From: a virus
Taxonomy: Duplodnaviria; Caudoviricetes
Virus record (IMG/VR): IMGVR_UViG_3300021376_000006
Length of the DNA stretch: 64,000 bases
Strand: one strand, 5' to 3'
Under the pieces are notes generated by a model. That model saw only the letters and a program-made list of their open reading frames with translations. It did not search any database and was not told where the DNA came from. Of the stretch, positions 16,252-26,149 are shown piece after piece. Each line of letters starts with the position of its first letter. Positions within the stretch are counted from its first letter, which is position 1. Made by a program: the position numbers and the translations under genes.

Positions 16252-18360
16252 TTACTTTTTACGCCCACTTTTCATATTTGCACACCAGTGGTACATTCGA
16301 CCACGCTCACCACCGGATTTTTTAGCTTTTTGACGCAAACTGGTCACTGATCCTGAACAACTAGCACCGGCACGTTTGACTCTACCCGGACGACTTTGGC
16401 CCTTGACTTTGCCATCGGCAAAGTTTTCATCTATTTGTTGGTTTAAAAACTGTTGTACAGCTTGCAAATGATCGCTGCCAGCTACGTATACACCTTGTTT
16501 TCTTGAGGCCAAAAACTTATCACGCAGGTCGTTAACAGACTTAGCCACACGACCCGCCCGGTTAGGATATTCTGCCCAGTTGTTGGGCCACATCAGTCGT
16601 TCGCCTAGCTCAAAAAACTGTCGCACATTGCGTTCTGTGGCTGGTGCTTGACTCATTCTAACAAAGTCATATTCACCTTCACTCACAGCCTGTAAAAACT
16701 TTGTCAGCGTTTCAGCATCAAACTTTCTGTCAGGGAAATAGTTGGTGCTGGGTTGTGTGCCGAGTATGCGATTAAAAATAGACACACTGGGGTCCGACCC
16801 AATCTTACCTTTTACAGTATCATTTTCTTTTATGTTAGAGAACAGAACATATAAGAATGCGGCCGGATAACCTTTGATTTTGTGCGATAGCAAATCATCA
16901 TCCCAACTACCTTGATAGCTATCAATGATTCCCGCAGTAAGTTTGCGATCCATACCGTTGCCCTCGTACCAGGCGCCGTGCTGTTTGGCAATTGCCTTTA
17001 CTCGTTCGGTATCAGAATCTGATAACTGTAACCGCTTGCCGTGTTCTTGTCCGACAATAGCAGTATCATTGCCTATGAAAAGCACCCGGCTGGTTTTGGC
17101 TTCTGTAACAGATTCTCCGCCGCCTCCATCACCTCCACTATCACCAGATTCCGAACCGTGAGCACCACTGCCGTAATAACCATAGCCAGGATACCAATAA
17201 CCGCCAAAATACCTGTTGCGGCGTCGACGCTTTTTGCCTTCCGCCATGTCTTGTTTGTTTTTGATATGACTGTATACCCGGCGTAGTTGTTCTGCGTCAA
17301 GATCGTCAAGATGCTTGTGCCCAGTGAGTTTTTCTGTCATACGCAAGAAACTGGGTTCATTGTCCCAGGCTATGCCACGACGGTTAGCAAGATCGTGTAT
17401 CATCTTCTTGGTTATTTTGCCTTCCGTCACACCCGGCTTCAATCGTGTCAGTTCATACACCACTTGATCGCCATGGTCTTCACTGTAGTCATCATAGCCC
17501 CATGCGGCCGCATATCTTTGAACCAACCTGTCATATAATTTTGCTCTACTCTCACTGTTTTGTCCCGGATCAACATCTTTTTTGGCTGAAAAAATCAAAC
17601 GCCATGGTTCGTGTTCTTTGACGAATTTTTGTATGGCATTTAAAACCGTGGCAAATATTCTTTGTGCATCACCTTCACCAGTAATTTCTTGACTGTTGTT
17701 TCTATAAAACTCAACTTGCCATTCGTTGTTCCCTTCGTGATTGAACATGATGCTTAGGTACTTACCATCCGGCAATCGTACTAATGTGTCGTAATCGCCA
17801 AACTCACTTTTCTGCTCGATTTCATGTGGGTAGGGCTGATTAAACGCTTCGTCTAGATCATCCTGGTATTCAGGATTACGAGCAAGTTTAACCGCTCTCT
17901 TATTACCTAACACCCCAGGATTGAACCATACTGTACTTTCAACATCCCAAGCTCGCATTATGGTGTCTTGCCAATTATTCTCTGCAGTATAATGTACAGC
18001 ATCATAGTCCTGGCCAATTGCTGCCCAAGGCATTTTGGTCAGCAACTCTATAGGATTCTTAAATTGTGCCCCGTATTGTTGTGCAACAGCAACAGCATCA
18101 CGGTCTGACCTGATAGTTAGTATCTTTGCCGCGGGAGCGACATCAAACAAAAATCCTGTATCTCCAATCCATTCGGGCATTTCTGCATCACACCAACGCA
18201 CCCATTCGCTGGTTATTCCTTCAGGAGTTTTGATAGCGGTGCTGGTCCATACTTTGACTTGTGGCTTTAATCCTAAGGACTCATTGACAGTGTTAGGATG
18301 CGGTGCATATAGCTGTGTGCCTAATCCTGCTGCCTCGGTTATAAACTCGTAAGCTCTCAT
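16252..18360 (-). CDS. multidomain protein with [10 protein letters not shown]-terminus (putative internal head polyprotein)
   Basis: modules separated by hydrophobic-X-E motifs; basic Cys-containing C-terminal module. Confidence 0.7.
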   Translation of the reverse strand: MRAYEFITEAAGLGTQLYAPHPNTVNESLGLKPQVKVWTSTAIKTPEGITSEWVRWCDAEMPEWIGDTGFLFDVAPAAKILTIRSDRDAVAVAQQYGAQFKNPIELLTKMPWAAIGQDYDAVHYTAENNWQDTIMRAWDVESTVWFNPGVLGNKRAVKLARNPEYQDDLDEAFNQPYPHEIEQKSEFGDYDTLVRLPDGKYLSIMFNHEGNNEWQVEFYRNNSQEITGEGDAQRIFATVLNAIQKFVKEHEPWRLIFSAKKDVDPGQNSESRAKLYDRLVQRYAAAWGYDDYSEDHGDQVVYELTRLKPGVTEGKITKKMIHDLANRRGIAWDNEPSFLRMTEKLTGHKHLDDLDAEQLRRVYSHIKNKQDMAEGKKRRRRNRYFGGYWYPGYGYYGSGAHGSESGDSGGDGGGGESVTEAKTSRVLFIGNDTAIVGQEHGKRLQLSDSDTERVKAIAKQHGAWYEGNGMDRKLTAGIIDSYQGSWDDDLLSHKIKGYPAAFLYVLFSNIKENDTVKGKIGSDPSVSIFNRILGTQPSTNYFPDRKFDAETLTKFLQAVSEGEYDFVRMSQAPATERNVRQFFELGERLMWPNNWAEYPNRAGRVAKSVNDLRDKFLASRKQGVYVAGSDHLQAVQQFLNQQIDENFADGKVKGQSRPGRVKRAGASCSGSVTSLRQKAKKSGGERGRMYHWCANMKSGRKK

Positions 18361-19277
18361 TTTTTATTTTTATGTTTTTCTGCATAAGCCAGTACACCCT
18401 CACGCACCCAAGCACCATCTATATGTGCCTGTGCCCTGGTGTGCAGTCTTTGTTTATTCAATGGACCATCACCATTCACATTCTGCCAAAACTCTGTCCA
18501 ATCTATCTCACCAAAGTCATAGTGACCACGATCATCATTCCACTTGAGATCAGGATCTGGTAACTGGACACCAAGGTATTCAGCCTGCGGCACAGTGGCA
18601 TCCACGAACTTCTGACGCAGTTCATCATTGGTGTGACGCTTGATGCCCCAGGCCATGGTCTTTTCTGTGTTAACACTCTCAGCGTCAGGTGGGCCAAACA
18701 TGGCTAGAGTTTTCCACCACCAGCGATCCACAGCCGCCTGCACCATGTCTCGTTGCTCATCAGTACCCTTCATCATGACCATAAGCTGATCATAGCCCTG
18801 GCGCTGATGAAAACTTTCTTCTTTACAGATGCGTATCATGGCACGGGCATATGGACCATAACTGCAACGACACAGGGGAATCTGATTCATGATGGCCGCA
18901 CCATCTACCAACCAACCTATCACTGCTTGATCAGCCCAGGTCACGGCAGGATAATTAAATATGCTGCTGTATTTGGCTTGTCCTGTGTGCAGTTCCGCTA
19001 ACATTTCTTCACGACTGATTCCCAAAGTCTCTGCGGCGCTATACAAATATATACCATGCCCGCCTTCATCCTGTACTTTGGCCAGTAGAATGGCCTTGCG
19101 TTTCAGTGTTGGTGCTCGAGTGATCCAACCGCCTTCTGGCAGCATGCCTACGATTTCACTGTGAGCATGTTGACTAATTTGTCTTATAAGAGTCTTGCGA
19201 TAGGCATCAGGCATCCAGTCCTGAGGTTCTATTTTAATTTCATTGGCAATCTTATAATCAAATTTTTCTTGGCTCAT
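18357..19277 (-). CDS. paaA: 1,2-phenylacetyl-CoA epoxidase catalytic subunit A
   Basis: [50 protein letters not shown] diiron motifs. Confidence 0.95.
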   Translation of the reverse strand: MSQEKFDYKIANEIKIEPQDWMPDAYRKTLIRQISQHAHSEIVGMLPEGGWITRAPTLKRKAILLAKVQDEGGHGIYLYSAAETLGISREEMLAELHTGQAKYSSIFNYPAVTWADQAVIGWLVDGAAIMNQIPLCRCSYGPYARAMIRICKEESFHQRQGYDQLMVMMKGTDEQRDMVQAAVDRWWWKTLAMFGPPDAESVNTEKTMAWGIKRHTNDELRQKFVDATVPQAEYLGVQLPDPDLKWNDDRGHYDFGEIDWTEFWQNVNGDGPLNKQRLHTRAQAHIDGAWVREGVLAYAEKHKNKK

Positions 19278-19435
19278 TTTACTATCTTAAATCGTGTACA
19301 TTTTGACTGAAATGGATACTCATTGTAAAATTCTGCCCAATTTCTACAATCTTCTAATGTATTATACTGTTTTTTTACAAATAACACAGGAGGGTCACTT
19401 GATAAAATATACACAGTTAAGATATACACAAACAT
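19274..19435 (-). CDS. 53-aa Cys-x15-Cys mini-protein (not in ORF track)
   Basis: [53 protein letters not shown]; AAGGAG upstream; ATGA overlap with paaA. Confidence 0.65.
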   Translation of the reverse strand: MFVYILTVYILSSDPPVLFVKKQYNTLEDCRNWAEFYNEYPFQSKCTRFKIVK

Positions 19436-19453
19436 CTCAAATGTGCTCCTTGT

Positions 19454-19645
19454 TCAAGTGGTAGGTGGGGGTTCATAATTTTCTACCCATGTACACCTTA
19501 ACGTGGCCACTTTAGGCTGTTCAAGCAAATGGGTGGCTTCCGCCCAGCATTCCTGCATGGTAGGAAAACCACCCATTTCAACTGATTCGAGTCCAGGTGT
19601 GCCTGTGTTCAGCGTGATAAAAAAGTAGACATATAGTACATACAT
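19454..19645 (-). CDS. Cys-x17-Cys mini-protein
   Basis: hydrophobic N-terminus, GFPTMQEC-x17-C; paralog of 25960..26145. Confidence 0.65.
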   Translation of the reverse strand: MYVLYVYFFITLNTGTPGLESVEMGGFPTMQECWAEATHLLEQPKVATLRCTWVENYEPPPTT

Positions 19646-19800
19646 GCCTATATTTATCAGAAATAGCGTTTGTAATTAGTTCAAACCAATCACTCCTTTA
19701 CCCCAGTGCATCTGGTACTAATTTTTGTGTAAAATATATGTAAAACATATGGCCATACCCAGCACTAAAAATATCATGGCTTTTTTTAATTCACTCATTG

Positions 19801-19983
19801 TTATTCCTTTGTTTCAAAACATATCATGTATTGTGTGCCGCAGTATGGACAACTGGCCATACCGTTTTCGTTAAAATCTAAAAATACCTTGGGATGCGCG
19901 GACCAAAATTCCATAGCAGGGTTTGGACAAAACGCAGGAAGTTTTTTTTGGTTTATTTGGACAGGCTTGGCAGGCGGTTTCAT
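19801..19983 (-). CDS. zinc-finger (CHCC-type) protein
   Basis: CP...HPKVFL...CPYCG. Confidence 0.8.
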   Translation of the reverse strand: MKPPAKPVQINQKKLPAFCPNPAMEFWSAHPKVFLDFNENGMASCPYCGTQYMICFETKE

Positions 19984-20399
19984 TAAGTATCATCTGTTTT
20001 GTCATGGCTGGGATAGTTATGGCTGGCGTATCTTATCAAGACCACACTGAAAGTGATTACAAGTGTAGATCCCGCGACTGCAATCATTTGCCAAATGTCA
20101 ATGGCAGCGTGACTCATGATATCTACCATGTGGCGAGTGAGTGCTGTAATTGCTATGTATAATAAAAATCTTACGGGCATATGATTGGTATTAAAATAAA
20201 TTCCAACCATAGCTCCAATTTCCAAGTATATAAACAATAAAAGCAAATCACTTACACCAGCATGATGTTTAGAAAACAGTTCAAAAAAAGTCCACGATGC
20301 TGCCCACACTGTGGCAGCACCAATTCCAAACAGTGCCAGCTTATGGAAAGTTGCTACCAGTGTGTTGGCAACATGATTGATTTTTTCACTGTCAACCAT
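19983..20399 (-). CDS. phosphate-starvation-inducible PsiE-family membrane protein
   Basis: LLLFIYLEIGAMVGIYF...PVRFLLYIAITALTR. Confidence 0.8.
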   Translation of the reverse strand: MVDSEKINHVANTLVATFHKLALFGIGAATVWAASWTFFELFSKHHAGVSDLLLLFIYLEIGAMVGIYFNTNHMPVRFLLYIAITALTRHMVDIMSHAAIDIWQMIAVAGSTLVITFSVVLIRYASHNYPSHDKTDDT

Positions 20400-20408
20400 A
20401 CGTGCTTA

Positions 20409-20882
20409 TCACCACATGTCACGAATTTGTTTTTTCTTGCGCTCGGCCACTACCCAGTTTCCACGCAGAGCAAAATACAAACCGCCAACCCAGAGAGAGA
20501 AATGTAAATAATCCGTCAGCATAAAAGTTATCAAACTCTCGGGTTTCAACACAACCCAAATTACACCAGTGGCCACACAACACATCACAATGCCGCTGAA
20601 TCTGGTCAGTGCATCACCGAACTCTGCAGCATAGGGCCAGTCACGGATTTTGTACAATGTGGCTGCACCACCCACTAGCAGTCCCACTCCTGCCAGTACT
20701 TCACCATAAGCAACAAACCACCACACCAAGGGACCAAGTCCAAATGCTGCTCCGCCTGCGGGATCAAAGGGCAGTTTGCTCAAGCCCTGTGTGATAAAGA
20801 TCAAGGCCAGAGGAATCCTTAACAACAGATTGCTCCAAGCAAAGTCAGGAAGCATGTGCCAATAATTTTTTACCGATATCAT
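20409..20882 (-). CDS. DoxX-family membrane protein
   Basis: LLLRIPLALIFITQGLSK...GEVLAGVGLLVG. Confidence 0.7.
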   Translation of the reverse strand: MISVKNYWHMLPDFAWSNLLLRIPLALIFITQGLSKLPFDPAGGAAFGLGPLVWWFVAYGEVLAGVGLLVGGAATLYKIRDWPYAAEFGDALTRFSGIVMCCVATGVIWVVLKPESLITFMLTDYLHFSLWVGGLYFALRGNWVVAERKKKQIRDMW

Positions 20883-20893
20883 ATATTACTCCA

Positions 20894-21064
20894 TTAGTTT
20901 TGTGTAAAAGCTGAATTTGTTACTAGTGTGCAACGAACTGATTTTACTCTTGGATCCTTCAATGCCTCAACTTTAACTGCTTCACACTGTTCCTGTAGCG
21001 CATAGGCAGCTACCCTGTGATCATTGCCTGGATTGAACAGCCACGCAATGTACATTATCCACAT
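20894..21064 (-). CDS. 56-aa Cys-x17-Cys mini-protein (not in ORF track)
   Basis: MWIMYIAWLFNPGNDHRVAAYALQEQCEAVKVEALKDPRVKSVRCTLVTNSAFTQN. Confidence 0.6.
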   Translation of the reverse strand: MWIMYIAWLFNPGNDHRVAAYALQEQCEAVKVEALKDPRVKSVRCTLVTNSAFTQN

Positions 21065-21364
21065 TTATTTCACAGTCATTATGTATTGTGCCAGCAGTTT
21101 TGCATCTGCCTCTGACACATGGGGTTGCTTGGGCATGGCCATGGCGCCCCAGACTCCACCGCCACCATTTCGAATTTTTCCAGCGAGATACTCTACTGCA
21201 TCTTTTCTATCTTTGTATTTGGCTGCTACTTCTTTCAAAGATGGACCTACTACCCTGTTCTGTGCCTGATGACAACCAATACAACCAGACTTTCTAAACA
21301 ATGCGTCATCTGCCTGAACAGGCATTGATAATATAAATAATACTGTAAACATTACATTTTTCAT
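21065..21364 (-). CDS. class I cytochrome c (c551/c552-like)
   Basis: signal peptide, CIGCH heme motif, VGPS, WG...MP axial Met. Confidence 0.9.
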   Translation of the reverse strand: MKNVMFTVLFILSMPVQADDALFRKSGCIGCHQAQNRVVGPSLKEVAAKYKDRKDAVEYLAGKIRNGGGGVWGAMAMPKQPHVSEADAKLLAQYIMTVK

Positions 21365-21393
21365 GAACTTCCTTTCACATTAAAAATTTAAAC

Positions 21394-21576
21394 ATGCGTT
21401 TTTTATATCTAATTTTATCACTGTTACCTGCTCCATTATTTTTACTACTTGGTATCTTCAACCTCTTTCATTCACCCTCTCATTGTGGTTCATTTCAATA
21501 TGAAATGACTACGATGTGGTTTGTCATGTTTTTTGCACATCTTTTACCTTGGTTAAAAAAAATCAAAACTTCATAG
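21394..21576 (+). CDS. small membrane protein
   Basis: two hydrophobic segments; only plus-strand ORF in the cassette. Confidence 0.5.
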   Translation: MRFLYLILSLLPAPLFLLLGIFNLFHSPSHCGSFQYEMTTMWFVMFFAHLLPWLKKIKTS

Positions 21577-22096
21577 CAATTTTTACAGCCGCTTTTGATC
21601 CAGCGTGAACCAATTTACACCATAATTTTAATGCACGACCTGGTACAACTATAACATCGCCCAAAGCATCTTGTCTATGACGGATTTCATCAAAACGCAG
21701 TTTTTTCAAAATATCAATCAACTGCTGCTGATTGTTAACTGTGATACCAGCGAGGTCCGCATCATACACGGATAAAAATTCTATCTGCTCCAAATAATGC
21801 TGATCAACAAAAGTTTCTACTGTGGCAATGGTGTGTTTAATCCAGTTAGGTCCCATGACAGCAGGAATGAATCCAGTTATGAAACCAGCAACTGCCCACA
21901 GTGGCACAAGCAGGCTGTGCTTGGATCTAGGCAAAATGGCATTGACCTCAGCCAGATGCTGTGATTCTTGAGCTAAATGTTCTTGCATAAGATCGGCCGT
22001 TGCTGAATCATGGCGGAACAATTGCATGGCTCGATAGATCCAGACTGCACCTGTCTCTCCAGCCTGATCAGATCTAAGTGCTTGTACTAGATCCAT
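21563..22096 (-). CDS. COQ7-like demethoxyubiquinone hydroxylase (ferritin-like diiron)
   Basis: LRSDQAGETGAVWIY, ESQH, VETFVDQHY, DEIRH. Confidence 0.8.
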   Translation of the reverse strand: MDLVQALRSDQAGETGAVWIYRAMQLFRHDSATADLMQEHLAQESQHLAEVNAILPRSKHSLLVPLWAVAGFITGFIPAVMGPNWIKHTIATVETFVDQHYLEQIEFLSVYDADLAGITVNNQQQLIDILKKLRFDEIRHRQDALGDVIVVPGRALKLWCKLVHAGSKAAVKIAMKF

Positions 22097-22745
22097 TGCT
22101 TATTTTTTCTTTGTGATAGTCACAGAGGTCTGTAAACATGCATTCATTGCATCTAGGACCCCGTGCTCGACAAACATACTTACCATACTCTATAAGCCAT
22201 TCATGTGCGCCCCAACGATATTGATCTGGAGTTCGTTGCTCAAGAACTTCTGCTGTTTTGTGTTCTGCCTTGGTCTTGGCAATGCCTAGCCTATTAACAA
22301 TGCGATGCACATGGGTATCCACTGCAATCGCAGGTTCATTGAATACAAAACGCATCATAATGTCTGTGCTTTTGCGTCCTACCCCTGCCAACTGCATCAA
22401 CTGTTTTCTATCGTTGGGCACAATGCCGGCGTGACGCTCTAACAATTGTTGGCTCATTAATTTGAGATTCTTGGCCTTGTTGTTGTACATGCCTGCAGGC
22501 CGAATCAATAGTTTTAGTTCATCTATGTCTAGAGCCAAAATCTCCTCAGCAGTTCTAGCTCGGGCAAACAGATTACGGCAGGCTTCTGCGGTTCTTTCGT
22601 CTTTGGTCTGAGCAGACAATGTCACACCAACCAGGCTCTTGAATGCGTTATTGTATATCTTTTCTTTGGGCGGTCTATTAGGTTTAGGATTACGAGCATG
22701 AAACCTTTCATAAACAGTGATCAGTTTTGTTTTAACCATTGTCAA
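22074..22745 (-). CDS. nth: endonuclease III (HhH-GPD, 4Fe-4S)
   Basis: LSAQT, GVGRKST, AVDTHV, C-x6-C-x2-C-x5-C. Confidence 0.92.
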   Translation of the reverse strand: MTMVKTKLITVYERFHARNPKPNRPPKEKIYNNAFKSLVGVTLSAQTKDERTAEACRNLFARARTAEEILALDIDELKLLIRPAGMYNNKAKNLKLMSQQLLERHAGIVPNDRKQLMQLAGVGRKSTDIMMRFVFNEPAIAVDTHVHRIVNRLGIAKTKAEHKTAEVLEQRTPDQYRWGAHEWLIEYGKYVCRARGPRCNECMFTDLCDYHKEKISNGSSTST

Positions 22746-23905
22746 ACCACCACACTAGACGGTGTGGTGTATCCAATCAAGATATCGTTGCCCACATCGT
22801 TAATGTCTCTGTGTCCGGTCAATGCCATAGTAGTATCTAGTTCACTATGGATAATTTCCAAACATTTTGTAACTCCTTGTTCGCCCATAGCACCAAGGCC
22901 ATGTAAAAATGCTCGGCCTATCATAGTGCCACGAGCACCTAATGCCCATGCTTTCAAAACATCTTGCCCGGATCTAATACCACTGTCCAACCATACTTCA
23001 CAATCTTTGCCCACCGCCGCTACAACACTTGGCAATGCCATGATAGTGGACACAGCACCATCCAACTGTCTGCCACCGTGATTGGACACTACTATAGCAT
23101 CTGCTCCTGTATCTCTAGCCAATTTTGCATCATCTCTGTGTAGTATGCCTTTCAGCACCAGTGGCCCGCCCCAGCGTTTTTTGATCCATTCTATGTCATG
23201 CCAGGTCATGGTGGTATCAAATTGTTCTGCGGTCCACGCAGCCAAGGATCCCATGTCTGTGACTGATTCTGTATGACCAATAATATTACCAAAGTTACGG
23301 CGTTTGGTACGCAGCATGTTCCAACACCATTTGGGTTTGGTCATCATGTTAAAAACATTTTTGGCAGTGAGTTTGGGTGGAGCACTCAGTCCATTATGGA
23401 TGTCTTTGTGACGCTGCCCCATGACTTGTAGGTCCAGTGTAAGCACAAGAGCACTGCATCCTGCCACTTTGGCTCTATCAATCAGTCTTCCAATAAAGGT
23501 TCGATCCTTCATCACATACAGTTGAAACCAAAAAGGTTTAGTGGTATGTGCAGCAACATCTTCTATAGAACAAATACTCATGGTAGACAGGCAGAAAGGC
23601 ACTCCAAATTTTTCTGCTGCTCTGGCAGCTAATATTTCACCGTCAGCGTGTTGCATGCCTGCAAACCCTGTGGGTGAAAGTGCCACAGGCATTGTGACCT
23701 TGCGGCCCAGCATGGCAGTGATCAATTTTCTATCACTGACATTTTTGGCCACACGCTGATGCAGTTTTATCTTGTCAAAATCCGTTGTGTTGGCTCTATA
23801 GGTAGACTCTGTCCAAGACCCACTGTCGCAGTAGTCATAGAACATGCGAGGTGTGCGTGATTCATGCAAACGCCGTAGATCTTCAATGCAGGTTACCACT
23901 GTCAT
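22742..23905 (-). CDS. lldD: FMN-dependent alpha-hydroxy acid dehydrogenase (L-lactate dehydrogenase-like)
   Basis: SPTG, WFQLY, LKGI, SNHGGRQLD, DSGIRSGQD, GRAF. Confidence 0.92.
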   Translation of the reverse strand: MTVVTCIEDLRRLHESRTPRMFYDYCDSGSWTESTYRANTTDFDKIKLHQRVAKNVSDRKLITAMLGRKVTMPVALSPTGFAGMQHADGEILAARAAEKFGVPFCLSTMSICSIEDVAAHTTKPFWFQLYVMKDRTFIGRLIDRAKVAGCSALVLTLDLQVMGQRHKDIHNGLSAPPKLTAKNVFNMMTKPKWCWNMLRTKRRNFGNIIGHTESVTDMGSLAAWTAEQFDTTMTWHDIEWIKKRWGGPLVLKGILHRDDAKLARDTGADAIVVSNHGGRQLDGAVSTIMALPSVVAAVGKDCEVWLDSGIRSGQDVLKAWALGARGTMIGRAFLHGLGAMGEQGVTKCLEIIHSELDTTMALTGHRDINDVGNDILIGYTTPSSVVV

Positions 23906-23906
23906 G

Positions 23907-24284
23907 CTATTTTATTCCTTTTGGCCAGGGCCATTTTTCGTCGTCGCTGAGTTCTTGATCACGTGGACTGCGATCAGGTTGTCTAAACTGTTCGTCAGTG
24001 GGACGATCAGGATATTCTTTTTGCACTGTACGCACCACTAACCATGTGACAAAAGCCATGCTGACAATAGCCAAATGACCAAACACATTATAGCCAAGGT
24101 ACATTATTTCGCCAGTGTATAAACTAAATGCCAACGCCCAAAAACAGGCCAGCCACACACTGATAATATATTTCATCTGTGCAGGTGCGTTTTTTAGTCC
24201 GTTTTTATTAGGATCTAGAAGATGATAAAAATTCCTAGCCAGGAAGAATAAAAATTTGAATAAGCTGTACATAGGGCCTTTCAA
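23907..24284 (-). CDS. membrane protein
   Basis: two TM segments; DPN.NGLKNAP. Confidence 0.55.
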   Translation of the reverse strand: MKGPMYSLFKFLFFLARNFYHLLDPNKNGLKNAPAQMKYIISVWLACFWALAFSLYTGEIMYLGYNVFGHLAIVSMAFVTWLVVRTVQKEYPDRPTDEQFRQPDRSPRDQELSDDEKWPWPKGIK

Positions 24285-24320
24285 AAAAAAATTTTAAAAT
24301 GATTTTTACAACACCAATAA

Positions 24321-24349
24321 ATTGTACGATAATAATTGAATTAGGTCAA
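24321..24349 (-). promoter_or_regulatory. sigma70-type promoter for the 24284-lldD-nth-coq7 run
   Basis: TTGACC-N17-TACAAT. Confidence 0.7.
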
Positions 24350-24369
24350 GCAATCTGGCTGTTCTTTGA

Positions 24370-25113
24370 TTATTCTATCATATAATGGTTGAAACTAAAC
24401 CATCCTTGCCATTCTGATCCCATGATAGAATATGATTGTTCGGCAACCTCTGAAGAAATTCGTTGTTTCATTCGATTGTGTGACGCCGATTCAATCATAA
24501 GTTGAACTTGACAGCTTCTTTCCATAGTTATGAACCACCAAGCAGCAGCATCTACTGTGCTACCAACAGTAAGTAAACCATGATTTTGCAGTATCGCTGC
24601 TTTGTTATTGCCCAATGCTTTGGCTATCCTTTGTCCCTCTTCCAGTTCAACTGCAACTCCACCAAAATCATGATACACAGAATGGTCATTGAAAAAAGCA
24701 CAAGCATCCTGTGTGACTATATCTAAACGTCGACCAAACACGCTCCAAGCGCGACCATAAATGCTGTGTGTATGTGCTGCTGCCATCACATCAGGTCTGG
24801 CATGGTGAACTGCATTGTGAATAGAAAATCCTGCCAGATTAATCTGTCCATTGCCATTGATAACTGAACCAGTTTCGTCAACCTGTATGAGATTACTCAC
24901 ACACACTTGACTGAAGTGACAGCCAAAAGGATTCATCCAAAATGTATTTGGAAATTCAGGATCTCGAGCAGTTATATGACCAGCCACGCCTTCATCAAAT
25001 CCAAACTTACTAAAAAGTCTAAATGCTGCGGCCAAACGCTGTTTTATATGCGATCGATGTTGATCAACATCAGAAAATACTGGTGGATTAGGCAAGTTCA
25101 TAAGATTGCTCAT
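24370..25113 (-). CDS. class II aldolase/adducin family protein
   Basis: GHITARDP, HTHS, LQNHGLLTVG metal-binding motifs. Confidence 0.9.
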   Translation of the reverse strand: MSNLMNLPNPPVFSDVDQHRSHIKQRLAAAFRLFSKFGFDEGVAGHITARDPEFPNTFWMNPFGCHFSQVCVSNLIQVDETGSVINGNGQINLAGFSIHNAVHHARPDVMAAAHTHSIYGRAWSVFGRRLDIVTQDACAFFNDHSVYHDFGGVAVELEEGQRIAKALGNNKAAILQNHGLLTVGSTVDAAAWWFITMERSCQVQLMIESASHNRMKQRISSEVAEQSYSIMGSEWQGWFSFNHYMIE

Positions 25114-25149
25114 GGATTTAAACCTTTACAATTTTTTTTTACATAAAAC

Positions 25150-25365
25150 TTAACTTTGACCAAATATTCGTCTTATTACATAATTTGTATGACGATTGTC
25201 TTGGTCAAGATAACAGATTTCACACAATGCTAATTTCGGCCCATTATGCCCATCAAGAAATTTATGACAGGCAGCACAGTGAATAAACTTTTCGACAATT
25301 TGCCAGGCTTCTGTGTGCTGTGGTACTAGTTGCCAATCTTTATTCTCATGCAGCCAATAGCTCAT
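25150..25365 (-). CDS. small CxxC...CxxC zinc-finger-like protein
   Basis: CAAC and CEIC; no signal peptide. Confidence 0.45.
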   Translation of the reverse strand: MSYWLHENKDWQLVPQHTEAWQIVEKFIHCAACHKFLDGHNGPKLALCEICYLDQDNRHTNYVIRRIFGQS

Positions 25366-25628
25366 GCACCGCCCCATTCATTTTTAGCCACCTCACTTGC
25401 TTTAGGTGTGTCTAATCTAGAATTTGAATTTGGTCTAATTTTTTTAAGATTTTTTTGAAATTGTTTTTTACGCCTGCGTTTTTCTAATGTGTCTATTACA
25501 AATCCGGGTAACACATGCAACACTATGTACACTCCAAACAGTATGCCCAGCACTGGTCCCCAAAATGCCATGAACGCCCATTTCAGTTTATCTATCAAAA
25601 AATATGTCTCCAACAAAAGGTATGACAA
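25362..25628 (-). CDS. small membrane protein with basic tail
   Basis: hydrophobic segment followed by KRRRKK. Confidence 0.45.
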   Translation of the reverse strand: MSYLLLETYFLIDKLKWAFMAFWGPVLGILFGVYIVLHVLPGFVIDTLEKRRRKKQFQKNLKKIRPNSNSRLDTPKASEVAKNEWGGA

Positions 25629-25683
25629 TCATTAGGCCAATGACAGTGCCAAAAAAACCAAGTATTTCAATCATAAGTTAATC

Positions 25684-25944
25684 TCAATATGTTTCAGCAT
25701 TCGGATTATACCCACGCATGTTCCATTGATACAGCTTTTGTTCGTGCCAATAAGTCTTAAAAGCTTCTTTTGTTTTAAACTTTTTCTGAAACTCCTCTGT
25801 CACAGATAAACAACTCCACAAGTCTTGACCACCCATTTCACCTTTCATGAACAAAGTGTCACAGTCCCAATAGTATTTTTCAAGTTGTTTATATGGCAAC
25901 TTAGCAGCATTCAAAGCAAGAGCAAGAGTTATTGATAGTAACAT
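25684..25944 (-). CDS. small exported protein with two Cys
   Basis: signal peptide; YWDCD...SCLSV. Confidence 0.55.
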   Translation of the reverse strand: MLLSITLALALNAAKLPYKQLEKYYWDCDTLFMKGEMGGQDLWSCLSVTEEFQKKFKTKEAFKTYWHEQKLYQWNMRGYNPNAETY

Positions 25945-25959
25945 ATAACTTATTTTCTG

Positions 25960-26145
25960 TCAAGTTTTATTTTGATATCCGTCTTTCCAAGTGCATAGAA
26001 TATCCGAAACATTAGGATTTTTCATTTGTATTCGAGATTCTGCCAAGCATTCTGACGTGGTAGGATATCCTGCAATGGTCACAGGTTTCAACCCTACCAA
26101 ACCAGAATTAGTGGTGATCAACATATACACGATCAACACATACAT
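25960..26145 (-). CDS. Cys-x17-Cys mini-protein
   Basis: start moved to MYVLIVY; GYPTTSEC-x17-C; paralog of 19454..19645. Confidence 0.65.
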   Translation of the reverse strand: MYVLIVYMLITTNSGLVGLKPVTIAGYPTTSECLAESRIQMKNPNVSDILCTWKDGYQNKT

Positions 26146-26149
26146 GACC

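Noticed and set aside
25150-25365. Second cytochrome c (CAACH)
   Set aside because: No signal peptide and a second CxxC; more consistent with a zinc finger.
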